A stretch of 64,000 nt of DNA, taken from IMG/VR virus record IMGVR_UViG_3300046007_014223, positions 1 to 64,000 of that record. One strand, given 5' to 3'. The position numbers and the translations under genes are program-made. How positions within the stretch are numbered: position 1 is the first letter of the stretch; every line of letters begins with the position of its first letter. The stretch is from a virus. Positions 26,286 through 36,883 of the stretch are shown here, in pieces. Below the pieces are notes generated by a model, which was not told the origin of the DNA, made no database searches, and saw only the letters and a list, made by a program, of their open reading frames with translations.

Positions 26286-27447
26286 ATACATCCTCCATAG
26301 CGTGTTCAAGTAATTTCATATGTTTGTTTCCTACAAAGTGATTGTTTCCAATATACACACCTTGTGAATGTAAAATTTCTGCGTTTGTTTTATGTTTGTT
26401 TGTTTCAATCTTATATCCTCTGTTAACCAAAAAAGGTTGTGTAAGAAGATTGCCGCTTACAATTGGGCGATACTCAATATTATAATGTTTAAATGCTTCT
26501 TTCATGATTCTAGCGATTTTTTCACTTTTGCATACGAAAGGAAAGCAAAAACTGCTATTGCCATCTTCATACGTATGAGGATAAAAAAGTGTAGGATATT
26601 GATTAATGATTTTAACATATTGTTCGTAGTTATGTCTACGCTGTTCAATCATCGAATCTAATCTTTTAAGTTGTGAGGATCCGAGGACCGCACAAATTTC
26701 ATGGTTCCTAAAATTGTAACCATCTGTCATAAACAAAAAAGATGGTTCAATGTGTGAATATTTCTCAGCGTATTCTTTTTGTTTTGTCGATTCGCGAGCC
26801 ATCCCATGACTTCGCTTCATACGCATCAAATCGTATAGGTCAGCATTATTAGTTGATACCATACCCCCTTCAATAGTAGACATATGGTGTCCAAAGTAAA
26901 AACTAAAAGTCGAACCTAAACTCTTTGATCCATACTTTTCACCTTCAACATCTTTACATCCATGCGACTCACAAATGTCATCGATAATAAGAGCATTGGG
27001 AAATAGTTTTTGTAGCTTATGATTATCCGCAGGGAACCCCAATAAGTGTGTTACAAAAATTGCTTTAATGTCTTTGTACTTTTTAGCGATTTGTTTTGCA
27101 TCATCAAGATCAAAACTATAATTTTGTAAGTTAATATCACAAAATATTGGCTGTAGACCCAATTGAAAAACAGGAGAGATGTTTGTAACCCATGTACATG
27201 CAGGAACAAGGACTTTATCTCCGTCCCTTAGATTATACAATTCTTTTACAGCGGAAAGTAAAAGCGTGTTTGCTGTACTTCCACTACTTACAAAAAGTGA
27301 ATGCTTTACACCTAGCCAGTTACTCCATTCTTGTTCAAATTTCTTGACCTTCTCCCCATACGTAAATCTTTTTGCAGTCATTACGAATGACGCCATTTTT
27401 ATCCTATCACCCCATGTAATAGTTTCACCCATCAAAGGCCATTTCAT
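26269..27447 (-). CDS. PLP-dependent GDP-4-keto-6-deoxymannose 3-dehydratase (ColD-like, DegT family)
   Basis: SSGSTAN, SFYFGHHMSTIEGG (His in place of Lys); adjacent to gmd/fcl. Confidence 0.85.
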   Translation of the reverse strand: MKWPLMGETITWGDRIKMASFVMTAKRFTYGEKVKKFEQEWSNWLGVKHSLFVSSGSTANTLLLSAVKELYNLRDGDKVLVPACTWVTNISPVFQLGLQPIFCDINLQNYSFDLDDAKQIAKKYKDIKAIFVTHLLGFPADNHKLQKLFPNALIIDDICESHGCKDVEGEKYGSKSLGSTFSFYFGHHMSTIEGGMVSTNNADLYDLMRMKRSHGMARESTKQKEYAEKYSHIEPSFLFMTDGYNFRNHEICAVLGSSQLKRLDSMIEQRRHNYEQYVKIINQYPTLFYPHTYEDGNSSFCFPFVCKSEKIARIMKEAFKHYNIEYRPIVSGNLLTQPFLVNRGYKIETNKHKTNAEILHSQGVYIGNNHFVGNKHMKLLEHAMEDVYDDIC

Positions 27448-28379
27448 AGGAATCTCCCTCGATTTTCTTTAAACCATGCAATCGTTCTTGCAAGTCCCTC
27501 ATCAAACGATACCTTAGGCTTCCATCCAAGATCGAATAGTTTTGTGTTGTCTAGTTTTCTTCTAGGTGTGCCGTTTGGTTTGTCTGTGTTCCAAAAAATT
27601 TCACCGCTGTATCCCACCTCACGTTTAATAATTTCAGAAAGCTCTTTGATTGTAATTTCTACATCACTTCCCACATTAATATGTTCTGATGAGTTGTATT
27701 CATTCATTAAAAATAAACAGGCGTCTGCTAGATCATCAACATAAAGAAACTCACGTGTCGGAGAACCATCACCCCATGCCTCAACAGTGTCTTGTCCTTC
27801 AAGTTTGGCATTGTAAAATTTATTAATGAGACCTGGAATTACATGACACTTATCAGGAAAGAAATTATCATTAGGTCCATACAAATTTGCAGGCATCAAA
27901 CTAATAGTGTTCAACCCATACTGCTTTGTGTAATACTTAGCCATCGTTAATCCTGCAATCTTTGCGAGCGCGTATGCATCATTCGTTGGTTCCAGCTTTG
28001 CTGATAGCAGGTATTCTTCTTTGATCGGTTGAGGTGTGACTTTAGGATAAATGCACGCCGAACCCAAAAACAATAATTTCTTTACACCTGTTTTATAAGC
28101 TGCATCAATCACATTTGATTGAATCATCAGATTATCATAAATGAAATCTGCAGGGTGTGTTGCATTGAAATTGATACCGCCGACCTTTGCTGCAGCGAGA
28201 AAAACATGCTCAGGTCGATACGTTCGAAAAAAATATTTGACAGATTCCTGATCACGTAAATCTAATGAATCTTTTGGTCGTACAATAATATCCTTGTAAC
28301 CATTTTCAGTTAGTTTTTTTACAAGAGCAGTCCCCACCAACCCGTTTCCTGCTACGTATATTCTGCTATTCTTATCCAT
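27444..28379 (-). CDS. fcl: GDP-L-fucose/colitose synthase
   Basis: [35 protein letters not shown]. Confidence 0.95.
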   Translation of the reverse strand: MDKNSRIYVAGNGLVGTALVKKLTENGYKDIIVRPKDSLDLRDQESVKYFFRTYRPEHVFLAAAKVGGINFNATHPADFIYDNLMIQSNVIDAAYKTGVKKLLFLGSACIYPKVTPQPIKEEYLLSAKLEPTNDAYALAKIAGLTMAKYYTKQYGLNTISLMPANLYGPNDNFFPDKCHVIPGLINKFYNAKLEGQDTVEAWGDGSPTREFLYVDDLADACLFLMNEYNSSEHINVGSDVEITIKELSEIIKREVGYSGEIFWNTDKPNGTPRRKLDNTKLFDLGWKPKVSFDEGLARTIAWFKENRGRFL

Positions 28380-29376
28380 GAATGCACATCTCCTCTACCA
28401 AATCATTAAAACTATATTCAGGTTTCCAACCTAACACAGTTCTTGCCTTAGTAGAATCCCCCAACAATGTTTCTACCTCAGCAGGCCTAAAATACTTCAG
28501 ATCAACGTCTACAATAGTTTTTCCTGTATTCGTATCGACACCAACTTCATCAACACCTTCACCATACCATTCAATATTCATATCAAAATATGGTGCACAC
28601 CGTTCAACAAATTGCTTTACTGAATATTGTTCACCTGTCGCAATCACAAAATCTTCTGCAGTATGATGTTGTAGGATCATCCACATTGCTCGACTATAGT
28701 CCTTAGCATGCCCCCAATCTCGCAAGGCATTTAGATTGCCTAAGGTTACTTTTTGTTGTTTTCCTCTACGAACATTTCGCAATCCATCAACAATCTTCTT
28801 CGTTACAAAGTTGTGACCGCGTCGAGGACTCTCATGGTTAAACAGAATACCTGAACAAGCAAACATGTTGTATGCCTCGCGATAATTCTTTACAATCCAG
28901 AACCCATACAATTTTGCAACGCCATAGGGACTCCTCGGATAGAACGGCGTGCGCTCAGTTTGCGGAGTCTCTTGTACAAGGCCATAGAGCTCTGACGTAG
29001 ATGCCTGGTAAATCCTTACATCCTTTTCCATGCCCAATAGGCGAACTGCCTCAAGAACTTTCAACGTGCCCAAGCCATCAACCATTGCTGTGTACTCAGG
29101 TGTCTCAAAGGAAACCTTTACGTGACTCTGTGCAGCCAGATTATAAATTTCTTGTGGTTGTACTTTTTTGATGACTCCCATTATTGTCAGAGAATCAGTA
29201 ACATCACCATAGTGCAGCTTTAGTTTTGGATTGCTATATAGATGATCAATCCTACCAGTATTGATAGATGAACTTCTGCGAATAATGCCGTGAACATTAT
29301 AACCTTTTTCAAGCAATATTTCGGCTAGGTAGGAACCATCTTGACCCGTGATTCCTGTGATTAGAGCGGTTTTCAT
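28372..29376 (-). CDS. gmd: GDP-mannose 4,6-dehydratase
   Basis: [38 protein letters not shown]. Confidence 0.98.
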   Translation of the reverse strand: MKTALITGITGQDGSYLAEILLEKGYNVHGIIRRSSSINTGRIDHLYSNPKLKLHYGDVTDSLTIMGVIKKVQPQEIYNLAAQSHVKVSFETPEYTAMVDGLGTLKVLEAVRLLGMEKDVRIYQASTSELYGLVQETPQTERTPFYPRSPYGVAKLYGFWIVKNYREAYNMFACSGILFNHESPRRGHNFVTKKIVDGLRNVRRGKQQKVTLGNLNALRDWGHAKDYSRAMWMILQHHTAEDFVIATGEQYSVKQFVERCAPYFDMNIEWYGEGVDEVGVDTNTGKTIVDVDLKYFRPAEVETLLGDSTKARTVLGWKPEYSFNDLVEEMCIHG

Positions 29377-29403
29377 AACAAGTCACCTGTAATATCGATA
29401 CTG

Positions 29404-29411
29404 TATTTATA
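29404..29411 (-). promoter_or_regulatory. T4-type late promoter for the glycan operon
   Basis: TATAAATA 28 nt upstream of gmd. Confidence 0.75.
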
Positions 29412-29415
29412 ATAC

Positions 29416-29443
29416 AAAAAAGGCGCCAGTTCAATGGCGCCTT
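29416..29443 (-). terminator. intrinsic terminator after the AAA ATPase
   Basis: AAGGCGCCA-TTGAAC-TGGCGCCTT then a T run. Confidence 0.85.
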
Positions 29444-29461
29444 GAAGAAAAGAAAACTTAT

Positions 29462-30655
29462 TTAGACTGCAGGTACTTCTTCTGCAGGAGCGACTTCATC
29501 TGCTGCAGGTTGCTCAGTAGCTTTTACATCCACTTTGCTGTACAGATCAAGGAACGCTGCTTTAGTTTCTGCATCAAAGCGGTTGGTGCAAAGCTGGATT
29601 GCCTTGAGACGATTCTTGAACATGCCGTAGGCGCGAACGATATGCACCAGGCGGCGAGTCGAGACAAGTTCATCAATGCCACCCTCAAGGTAAGTTTTAC
29701 GAATAATCTCACCCCAGGACACCAGCTTGTCAGCAAAATCTTCATCAACCTCGCCGACAACTGCCATGTTATTCAGAATAATCTTACGCTCAACAGACGC
29801 AGTAGGATATTCTTGCTCATGAGTAATCGGGAAGCGCTCGAGGAAGGCCTCATCAAGAATCTGGGCAGCGATAAACTTGCCATCATCTGTACCACGACCT
29901 TTAGTGTTGGCAGTGGCGATGATGTTGAACCCCGGTTGTCCGTGAATCAGCTCACCGGTTTTCTTGTTGAAGTACGGCTTGCCTTCAAGAATCGCTTGCA
30001 AGCACATAAGTTTGTTTGAGCCACGGTCAATCTCATCAAGAATGACAATTGCACCGCGCTTCATCGCTAGAAGGATAGGACCCTCGCGATAAACCACGTT
30101 ACCATCAATCAGTGTATTCGACCCAATGAGATCGTCCTCATCAGTTTCAATACTGATATTGACTCGAATGCACTCACGTTTCAGTTTAGCACAAACCTGC
30201 TCAACCATGAACGTCTTACCGTTACCAGACAGGCCTGTGATAAACACTGGGTAAAATTGATTGCTTGAGACAATCGCCTCGAGGTCCTTGAAGAACCCAA
30301 AGGGGACATAAGTGCGATCTTTCTCAGGCACCAAGTTATCGGAAATGTCAGTGACTAGGCGCTTCATTTTAACCGTGGTAATTGGCGTCACGGTAGCAGC
30401 AAGCGCAGGTTCAGCAACAGGTTCCTGCTTGGTAACAACAGGTTTCGGAGCAGAAACTGCAGAAGGAGACAAGCTGTACAACCCACGACCTGCTTTGTAT
30501 TGAGCCCCATCAAGAAGAAACCAGGGGGTCGGGAGCTGATTGTCAGCACAATACTGAGTGATCTCACCGCGAGTCACCGAAGTGCCATAAGCAGCGATAA
30601 GAGACTCGATAAGTTGAGCGCGAAGCTCAGTGGTGTAAGAAGTAGAACGGGCCAT
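29462..30655 (-). CDS. MoxR/CbbQ-type AAA+ ATPase (phage CobS-like)
   Basis: GLSGNGKT, LDEID, ATANTKG, LDEAFLERF, STRRL. Confidence 0.9.
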   Translation of the reverse strand: MARSTSYTTELRAQLIESLIAAYGTSVTRGEITQYCADNQLPTPWFLLDGAQYKAGRGLYSLSPSAVSAPKPVVTKQEPVAEPALAATVTPITTVKMKRLVTDISDNLVPEKDRTYVPFGFFKDLEAIVSSNQFYPVFITGLSGNGKTFMVEQVCAKLKRECIRVNISIETDEDDLIGSNTLIDGNVVYREGPILLAMKRGAIVILDEIDRGSNKLMCLQAILEGKPYFNKKTGELIHGQPGFNIIATANTKGRGTDDGKFIAAQILDEAFLERFPITHEQEYPTASVERKIILNNMAVVGEVDEDFADKLVSWGEIIRKTYLEGGIDELVSTRRLVHIVRAYGMFKNRLKAIQLCTNRFDAETKAAFLDLYSKVDVKATEQPAADEVAPAEEVPAV

Positions 30656-30687
30656 GCAAGTCACTCCTGAAAAATCATCATGTTTAA

Positions 30688-30716
30688 ATTATATAAAAAA
30701 CCCAGATTCTTGTCAA
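30688..30716 (-). promoter_or_regulatory. consensus sigma70 (early) promoter
   Basis: TTGACA-17nt-TATAAT, perfect consensus. Confidence 0.88.
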
Positions 30717-30723
30717 GAAGTTT

Positions 30724-32844
30724 TTACAACTGAGCACAGATAGTGTTGCAAAAACGCGACAAAAATACCCTGTTAGTTGCCCGGGAATTTACACTTTTCA
30801 TAAAGGCCCGGCGAATATCACTCTTACTCGCTGATGTATCTACATCAATACCGAGGTCGTTAACTTCCAGGTCGCGACCGCCAGGAACCACAAAGTAGAC
30901 ATCAAACCCCGTATTCATAACCGGGAAGAATTTTTCCTTTCGTCCTTTGTTCGCCAACACTTCAATATTATCTGGTGTCGCGACACCATACAACCGATGG
31001 ACCTTCTTTACATTGCTCAAAAAAGGACTCCCGTCGGTGATAAAGAAGCCAACATAATTAGCTCCCGTGATTTTTTTTGCCAACATGAGAAGACCTTTTG
31101 TAATCTCCTCATCACCAACTGTAACTGAATGCTTCGTAACCGGATCGGTAATGTTGATCCTATAATCCCAAGAACCTACTTGTGCGCGAAAAGAAGGCGA
31201 ACCGCTTGTTGAAGATGAACATACATAGTTGGTAACCGTTTGTTGACCTTCACCGTCGGTCAAGAACATGCAAGTTACAATTTCCAACCGATTGGAATCG
31301 CGAAAATTATTTACCACGCTGATTGAAGCCGCTACAGCCTCATTCAACGGAGTTCCGTTAAGATGTTCTGTCGCAGGAACCATTCCCGTTGAGCGTTGAA
31401 ACATCTCACCCAACAGCAACAGATTAAGCATTGCTTGATTATATTTCGTCCGAGACATTTTAGATGAAAGGTAACGCTTCAACCTAAAAGTGTTCTCGGC
31501 GTAAAAAATAATATTTCCTTCAGCACGCTCACCTAGTGGAACACCTTGGAAGGGAAAATGCTCTCGATGTTGTTGGTCTACCACTCCTGAATCAGTAAAC
31601 CCATAAACCTCGAAAGGAATGTTTACTTTACGGCAGAAGGTGGTTACAATAAGCAGCTGCTCAACAGTGCCTTTAAAGTTCGCCCTCATTGATCCAGACA
31701 GATCAAGAAACATAACCAGACCGTGACTTTTGCCTTGCGGAACAATCGTCACTCGGCGGAAAAGATCCTCGGTCAATTTGTATTGACCAATTTTCTTCAT
31801 ATCAAGTTCGCCTGATTTATTGACGCTTGCCCGAGCGAATTGTTTCGCGTTCTTGCGAAGTTCGAACTCCTTCACCATGTAATTTACATAACGCTCATTC
31901 TTTTGCAAGAACGCCTTGGTTGAAACACCGAAAGTTGAAAACAGATCGTATGGTTGTTTCGCTACGTGGTTTTTGATGTTGTCATGAACCAGATCCTCAT
32001 GAACAATCCGATCTTTCATATTGATCTTCGGAAAATTGACATAAGCAATCGGTTTGCACTGATCATCTACAAGATCAGATTCCTTACGACGGAAAACCTC
32101 ATCGGTAACAGACTTGGGAGTATTGTCGTAATTATTTGACAACATTTTTTCAACTTTTGCGACCTTGGCGTCTTTACCGTCGCCGACTTCCATCTCATCA
32201 TCCGATTCTTCATCGCCAAGATCGGACAAATCAAGATCGTCTAAAAGGTCTTCGATATCCGGATTGATATCCGTTTCTGGTTCATCATTCTTTGCATAAT
32301 CATAAAGGGCTTGAGCAACCCGGACAACATCTTCCCAGGTTGTTACACCATCAACCATATCAACGAACTTTTGCTCATGGGCAGCAAATTTTACATTGAT
32401 GAGCGTGCCAAGTTTGAAGTGGAGGTTGATGCGGTCAATAAGTTTCAGATCACTAATATCAGTGTATTCAGAAACGCCGAAGAATCCTCGCTCGAAAAGA
32501 TTCTTGTAACCCTTGAAGAAGGAACTACGAATACCGGGAAACTTATCTTTGATACGCTTCTCGATCCGAGCATCTTCTACAATGTTCAGAAACGATTTAA
32601 AGTTTTTCTGATTACTTTTTGCGACGGCATTGTGCCAGCCCTCAGGCGGTGTATACAATGCATGTCCGACCTCATGACCCATCAAAAGGTCATAAAGTTC
32701 AGCAGGCATGTCTTTGAGAATAGGACACACCAGCACGCGGTTCTTAACGTCAAAGTACGCAGTGTTCGCTTTCTTATGCTGGACAGAAATATTCTCCTCA
32801 GCCAAGAGCTTGGCGAGAAGTGACTTAGATTCTACAACTGACAT
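30724..32844 (-). CDS. metallopeptidase-like + VWA domain protein (CobT-like partner)
   Basis: HEVGH zincin motif, EDARIE, acidic linker, DLSGSM MIDAS, GTPL, LTDGE. Confidence 0.85.
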   Translation of the reverse strand: MSVVESKSLLAKLLAEENISVQHKKANTAYFDVKNRVLVCPILKDMPAELYDLLMGHEVGHALYTPPEGWHNAVAKSNQKNFKSFLNIVEDARIEKRIKDKFPGIRSSFFKGYKNLFERGFFGVSEYTDISDLKLIDRINLHFKLGTLINVKFAAHEQKFVDMVDGVTTWEDVVRVAQALYDYAKNDEPETDINPDIEDLLDDLDLSDLGDEESDDEMEVGDGKDAKVAKVEKMLSNNYDNTPKSVTDEVFRRKESDLVDDQCKPIAYVNFPKINMKDRIVHEDLVHDNIKNHVAKQPYDLFSTFGVSTKAFLQKNERYVNYMVKEFELRKNAKQFARASVNKSGELDMKKIGQYKLTEDLFRRVTIVPQGKSHGLVMFLDLSGSMRANFKGTVEQLLIVTTFCRKVNIPFEVYGFTDSGVVDQQHREHFPFQGVPLGERAEGNIIFYAENTFRLKRYLSSKMSRTKYNQAMLNLLLLGEMFQRSTGMVPATEHLNGTPLNEAVAASISVVNNFRDSNRLEIVTCMFLTDGEGQQTVTNYVCSSSTSGSPSFRAQVGSWDYRINITDPVTKHSVTVGDEEITKGLLMLAKKITGANYVGFFITDGSPFLSNVKKVHRLYGVATPDNIEVLANKGRKEKFFPVMNTGFDVYFVVPGGRDLEVNDLGIDVDTSASKSDIRRAFMKSVNSRATNRVFLSRFCNTICAQL

Positions 32845-32869
32845 ATGATCTCCTCAATCAACACTGTCA

Positions 32870-32897
32870 ATTATACGCAGATTCTAGAACTGTACAA
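32870..32897 (-). promoter_or_regulatory. sigma70-like early promoter
   Basis: TTGTAC-16nt-TATAAT; spacer shares AGAATCTG with the promoter at 30688. Confidence 0.65.
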
Positions 32898-32913
32898 CCG
32901 GTATTTTTAACTC

Positions 32914-32950
32914 GTTGTTTTTACACAACATTTTGTTGTTTTTATGCAAC
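32914..32950. repeat. two tandem GTTG-N8-CAAC palindromes
   Basis: GTTGTTTTTACACAAC and GTTGTTTTTATGCAAC; also at 8329-8344. Confidence 0.65.
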
Positions 32951-33451
32951 ACCGTAGGATTTCTTGCGTTTTTTAAGGGCAACTGCCCATTTTAGAGGAG
33001 TAACATGGTCCTTTATAGTGACTCCTTGCATATGATCATACTCATGTAAAAAGATTCTTGCAGTGAGCCCCCCTAATGTCCTCTCCTGCTTCTCACCCTT
33101 TGCATTGTAAAATTCTACCGTGATTTCCTCAGGCCTTTTGATTTTTATTTGCACGCCAATGTAGGACAAGCATCCTTCATTGTAGTCACACTCACCTGTT
33201 GAAGAAATAATTTTAGGATTGAAAACATCAAGACGAAAGTCATCGACACCAATGACAAAGACAGACGCATCGATACCAACTTGATTCGCTGACAATCCGA
33301 CACCTTTGAATTCTTTCATCTTTTGGTGAAGAACATTAGCAAACAATTCAGCTGTCTCCCCATGTTGTTCAAAGTCATATGGTTTCGGTGCCTTATGTAG
33401 AAAAGGATCACTGTCAGGAATTAGTTTTAATTCAGATCGTTTTACAATCAT
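32942..33451 (-). CDS. def: peptide deformylase
   Basis: GVGLSANQVG, EGCLS, HEYDHMQG. Confidence 0.95.
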   Translation of the reverse strand: MIVKRSELKLIPDSDPFLHKAPKPYDFEQHGETAELFANVLHQKMKEFKGVGLSANQVGIDASVFVIGVDDFRLDVFNPKIISSTGECDYNEGCLSYIGVQIKIKRPEEITVEFYNAKGEKQERTLGGLTARIFLHEYDHMQGVTIKDHVTPLKWAVALKKRKKSYGVA

Positions 33452-33452
33452 A

Positions 33453-35168
33453 TCACAATATCCTACTAAAATTTTGATGTTTCTCAACACGGATAACGTT
33501 TTTAAACTTATCAAGCATCTGGTCACCCTTATGACTAATCACAAAAACATGAGTATCAGTGTCAAGGGTATCAAGAAGGTTCATCACATAATCCGTTCCG
33601 TTCGCATCTAAACTACTATCAAAAACTTCATCAAGAAGTAACAGGTTTGTACTTACGCTATTTTTCATCTTTGCGATTGCTCGCCACGTAAACAACAATG
33701 CAAGATCGATTCTTTGCTTTTCACCTTCTGAAAACGATGCATAACTAAAATCATCTCGATGCCGCGACTTGATACTTTCATTGAATGCATCATCCAGTTC
33801 AAAGGATACAAAGAAATCCATTGCAGAGAGATATTTATTCACCAGCTTATTGATTACAGGAATATACTGTCGGATGATTTTCGTCTTAATACCTGTGTCC
33901 TTCAATAATGTGCCTGCTGCCTCAAGATAAAAATATGTCTCAGTAATCTTTGTCTTGTTTTCTGACACATCAAGAATCTTCTTCGCAATAGATTTTAGTT
34001 CCTCTTTTGCGCCATCAAGTTCGGTTGTATCAATCTTATCCTTGTCGTTGTCATCAGACATCTTTTTAATCAGTGCTTGCTTCGTTATAATATCTGAGTT
34101 CAGTTCAATTAGTTGCATCTGATAGGTAGAGATGTTTTCTTTCACCTTAGTAATCTGATCTATTTTTTCTTCAATGCTAGTTATCTTTGATGACAAAGTG
34201 TCGATTGCTGTTTGCACTTCTTCTATCTTATGTGCATGTTTTTCTATTGCCTGATGTTTTAAATCATCTGAAATGTTTTGCATACAGGTAGGACACTCAT
34301 CATGATTCTCATAGAAGTCAATGTTTGTCCTAGAATTTTTTATACGCTCAGAAAGACTTTTAAGTAATGTTGACCATTCAGCACGCTTCGTGACCAATGA
34401 CTTTTCATCCATCAAAGAGGATTGCAATTCGGATATGTTTGATTGAATCGTTGAAACTGTCAAGGTTGCATTCGCAATGTCTCTTTGTGTTCTTTCAATT
34501 TCCTGTTGGTTGTCTTGCGCTCGCTTTTCAATATCCTTTTCTAACTTTGCAATAAAATCTTTTTGCAATTTTACTGCTTGCTTACCTACCACGATTTCGT
34601 TTTCCAATTGAGACAATTCTGTTTTGGTCGTGGTCAATCGATTCTTCAGAATCGTATTCATTGTAGTGAATATTTGAATATCAAGAATATCCTCAATAAC
34701 TTCCCGACGATGACCTTGAGGAAGTTGCATGAAGGGGGTAAACGATGCTGATCCCAAAATAACTATCTGTGTGAATGACTTATAATTTAACTTAAGAATC
34801 TTTTCTTCAAGATGTGTTTGATAGTCTCTTGAAGCTGCATCCTGTGATAACAATTCATTGTCAACATAAATTTCCAATACCGTAGGTTTGATACCTCGCA
34901 CCACACGATACTCACGTTTGCCAATGTTAAAGAAAACCTCAACCACACAATTCTTTTGATTGATTGAATTCACTAGCTGAGGTTTATTGATATTACGAAA
35001 GGCCTTTCCAAACAAACCAAAACAAAGAGCATCAAGAATCGTACTTTTACCTGCGCCGTTTTCACCTATGATAAGAGTGGTTTGATGTTCTACAAAGTTT
35101 ATTTCTGTAAATTGATTACCTGTCGATAAAAAGTTACGCCAACGAATACTATTAAATTTAATTGCCAT
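33453..35168 (-). CDS. 46: recombination endonuclease subunit gp46 (Rad50/SbcC-like)
   Basis: GENGAGKS, CPTC hook, FSEGE, LLDE. Confidence 0.97.
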   Translation of the reverse strand: MAIKFNSIRWRNFLSTGNQFTEINFVEHQTTLIIGENGAGKSTILDALCFGLFGKAFRNINKPQLVNSINQKNCVVEVFFNIGKREYRVVRGIKPTVLEIYVDNELLSQDAASRDYQTHLEEKILKLNYKSFTQIVILGSASFTPFMQLPQGHRREVIEDILDIQIFTTMNTILKNRLTTTKTELSQLENEIVVGKQAVKLQKDFIAKLEKDIEKRAQDNQQEIERTQRDIANATLTVSTIQSNISELQSSLMDEKSLVTKRAEWSTLLKSLSERIKNSRTNIDFYENHDECPTCMQNISDDLKHQAIEKHAHKIEEVQTAIDTLSSKITSIEEKIDQITKVKENISTYQMQLIELNSDIITKQALIKKMSDDNDKDKIDTTELDGAKEELKSIAKKILDVSENKTKITETYFYLEAAGTLLKDTGIKTKIIRQYIPVINKLVNKYLSAMDFFVSFELDDAFNESIKSRHRDDFSYASFSEGEKQRIDLALLFTWRAIAKMKNSVSTNLLLLDEVFDSSLDANGTDYVMNLLDTLDTDTHVFVISHKGDQMLDKFKNVIRVEKHQNFSRIL

Positions 35169-36209
35169 TCATTTTTCCTCTGCATAGTCATGTGCCTCTA
35201 TATACAGTTCCTTGAGAATATTCTTAAGGCGACTTTTATCTGCATCTGTTTCTATTGCATCAACATATTCTGATAGCAATGACATTGTATCCTCAATGTT
35301 TATACTGTCATCGTCTACCTGATTTTCAAAATCAGACATATCCTCGATGATTTTCACTTCCGCAGGATTCTTATTATACAATGAGTCAACAACAGAATCA
35401 AATTGAGAAAAATTCTTTTTTGTAACAACAACTAGTTTGACATACTTGTCTGTCACGTTTGAATCAAACTCAACCTTTCCTGATGAATCATCATAGTACA
35501 ATTTGACAAACATCGGATCATTGTTCTGTATGAATTCAAGATCGTTTGTTACGGTGTCCCAAATGTAAAAACCTTTTGGATCTTTGTAATCATTCCAAAA
35601 TAACTCATAAGGGGTTCCCAAATACATGATGTTGCCTTTGTTTGACTTTGTATGGAAATGCCCACTAAACACTTGTTTGTATTTCGCAAGCACAGAAGGA
35701 TCCATACCTTCATGGTTTTCGATACCCTTTGACATTTCAAAACCTTTTAGCTCAAAATGTCCAAAACAATAAGGTCGAGTTGACTTGTCAATGAACTCAT
35801 GAATCTGTTTTTCATTATCCTTACATAACCAAGGAATCACGTCTGCATTATCTAAAACGACGGGTTCTTGAATGATATGAATATTTTTATACGCTTCAAG
35901 AAGCAACGTCGGGGAGTTTACATCTAACTTCTCACGCCAAAAAATATCATGATTGCCAAGAAGGGAATACATTACGTATCCCTCTCGTTCAATAACATCA
36001 AAAAAATATCTTTTGCTTTGTTCAAGTGTGTAGAAATTAATGTACTTTCTTCTATCGAACAAATCACCTAACTGAATGATTTGATCTACACCTCTCTCTT
36101 TTAGTGCAGGGAAAAACACTTCGGTGTAGAAATTTTCCATGTACTTATGAAAAATTTTACTATCATTTCTAACACCGAAGTGTGTATCACCTAAAAGGCA
36201 AATTTTCAT
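35169..36209 (-). CDS. 47: recombination endonuclease subunit gp47 (Mre11/SbcD-like)
   Basis: GDTHFG, GDLFD, GNHD, SGHFH. Confidence 0.97.
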   Translation of the reverse strand: MKICLLGDTHFGVRNDSKIFHKYMENFYTEVFFPALKERGVDQIIQLGDLFDRRKYINFYTLEQSKRYFFDVIEREGYVMYSLLGNHDIFWREKLDVNSPTLLLEAYKNIHIIQEPVVLDNADVIPWLCKDNEKQIHEFIDKSTRPYCFGHFELKGFEMSKGIENHEGMDPSVLAKYKQVFSGHFHTKSNKGNIMYLGTPYELFWNDYKDPKGFYIWDTVTNDLEFIQNNDPMFVKLYYDDSSGKVEFDSNVTDKYVKLVVVTKKNFSQFDSVVDSLYNKNPAEVKIIEDMSDFENQVDDDSINIEDTMSLLSEYVDAIETDADKSRLKNILKELYIEAHDYAEEK

Positions 36210-36874
36210 ACTGCGTGCTTTGCTTCTTTATCAGTCGGAGCCAAAGACACCAGCGGAGTAAGTGCAAGAATGAACAAAAGTTTAAACAGTGTAGAACCTG
36301 AAACGATTCTTGCAATTGCTGAGTTGATATCCATCGCATTGCCTCCAAGAATTACAGGCATCGCAACGAAGGCAATCATTACAAAGAAGATAGCATCAAC
36401 AGGCAAACTTACAAAATTCGAAACAAATGTCCTTGCCCATGAGCTCCAATCTCGATCCCACAATGCTTGATAAACATATGTGTTTACCCATTGCGAAATT
36501 ACAGTAGCAATCTCAGATCCAATCACAATACCTAATGACATTTTAAATACTGCGTCAAAGTTAACGCTAGGTCTAAATCCTGGAGCAGGAATAAAGGTCA
36601 TTGCATACATGAATGCAGCAACAAGCAAATTTAAAATTACCCCAATAAAGATAATTCTTGTCACATAAGCAGCACCTGCTAGTTTATGCAACATATCACG
36701 CAACACAAATACAACACCAAAAAGCATTGCACCTGCAGGTGTTACAACAAACCCAAAATCAAGAAATTTAACCGCAGCAAAATCAGCAACAGTCATTGCA
36801 AGAATAAGTGCAGACGACAATCCTGCAATCCACAAAAGATTGCCATTGTCACGGGGAGGAAGAATCAAGTTCAT
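36206..36874 (-). CDS. yhhQ: preQ0/preQ1 transporter, YhhQ (Vut_1) family
   Basis: multi-TM protein; FVLRDMLH, SQWVNTYVY, RTFVSN; in que cluster. Confidence 0.8.
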   Translation of the reverse strand: MNLILPPRDNGNLLWIAGLSSALILAMTVADFAAVKFLDFGFVVTPAGAMLFGVVFVLRDMLHKLAGAAYVTRIIFIGVILNLLVAAFMYAMTFIPAPGFRPSVNFDAVFKMSLGIVIGSEIATVISQWVNTYVYQALWDRDWSSWARTFVSNFVSLPVDAIFFVMIAFVAMPVILGGNAMDINSAIARIVSGSTLFKLLFILALTPLVSLAPTDKEAKHAV

Positions 36875-36883
36875 AGTGTCTCC

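Noticed and set aside
29462-32844. Cobalamin biosynthesis (cobS/cobT)
   Set aside because: No cobN or other cob genes; partner carries an HExxH domain; generic MoxR-VWA is the safer call.
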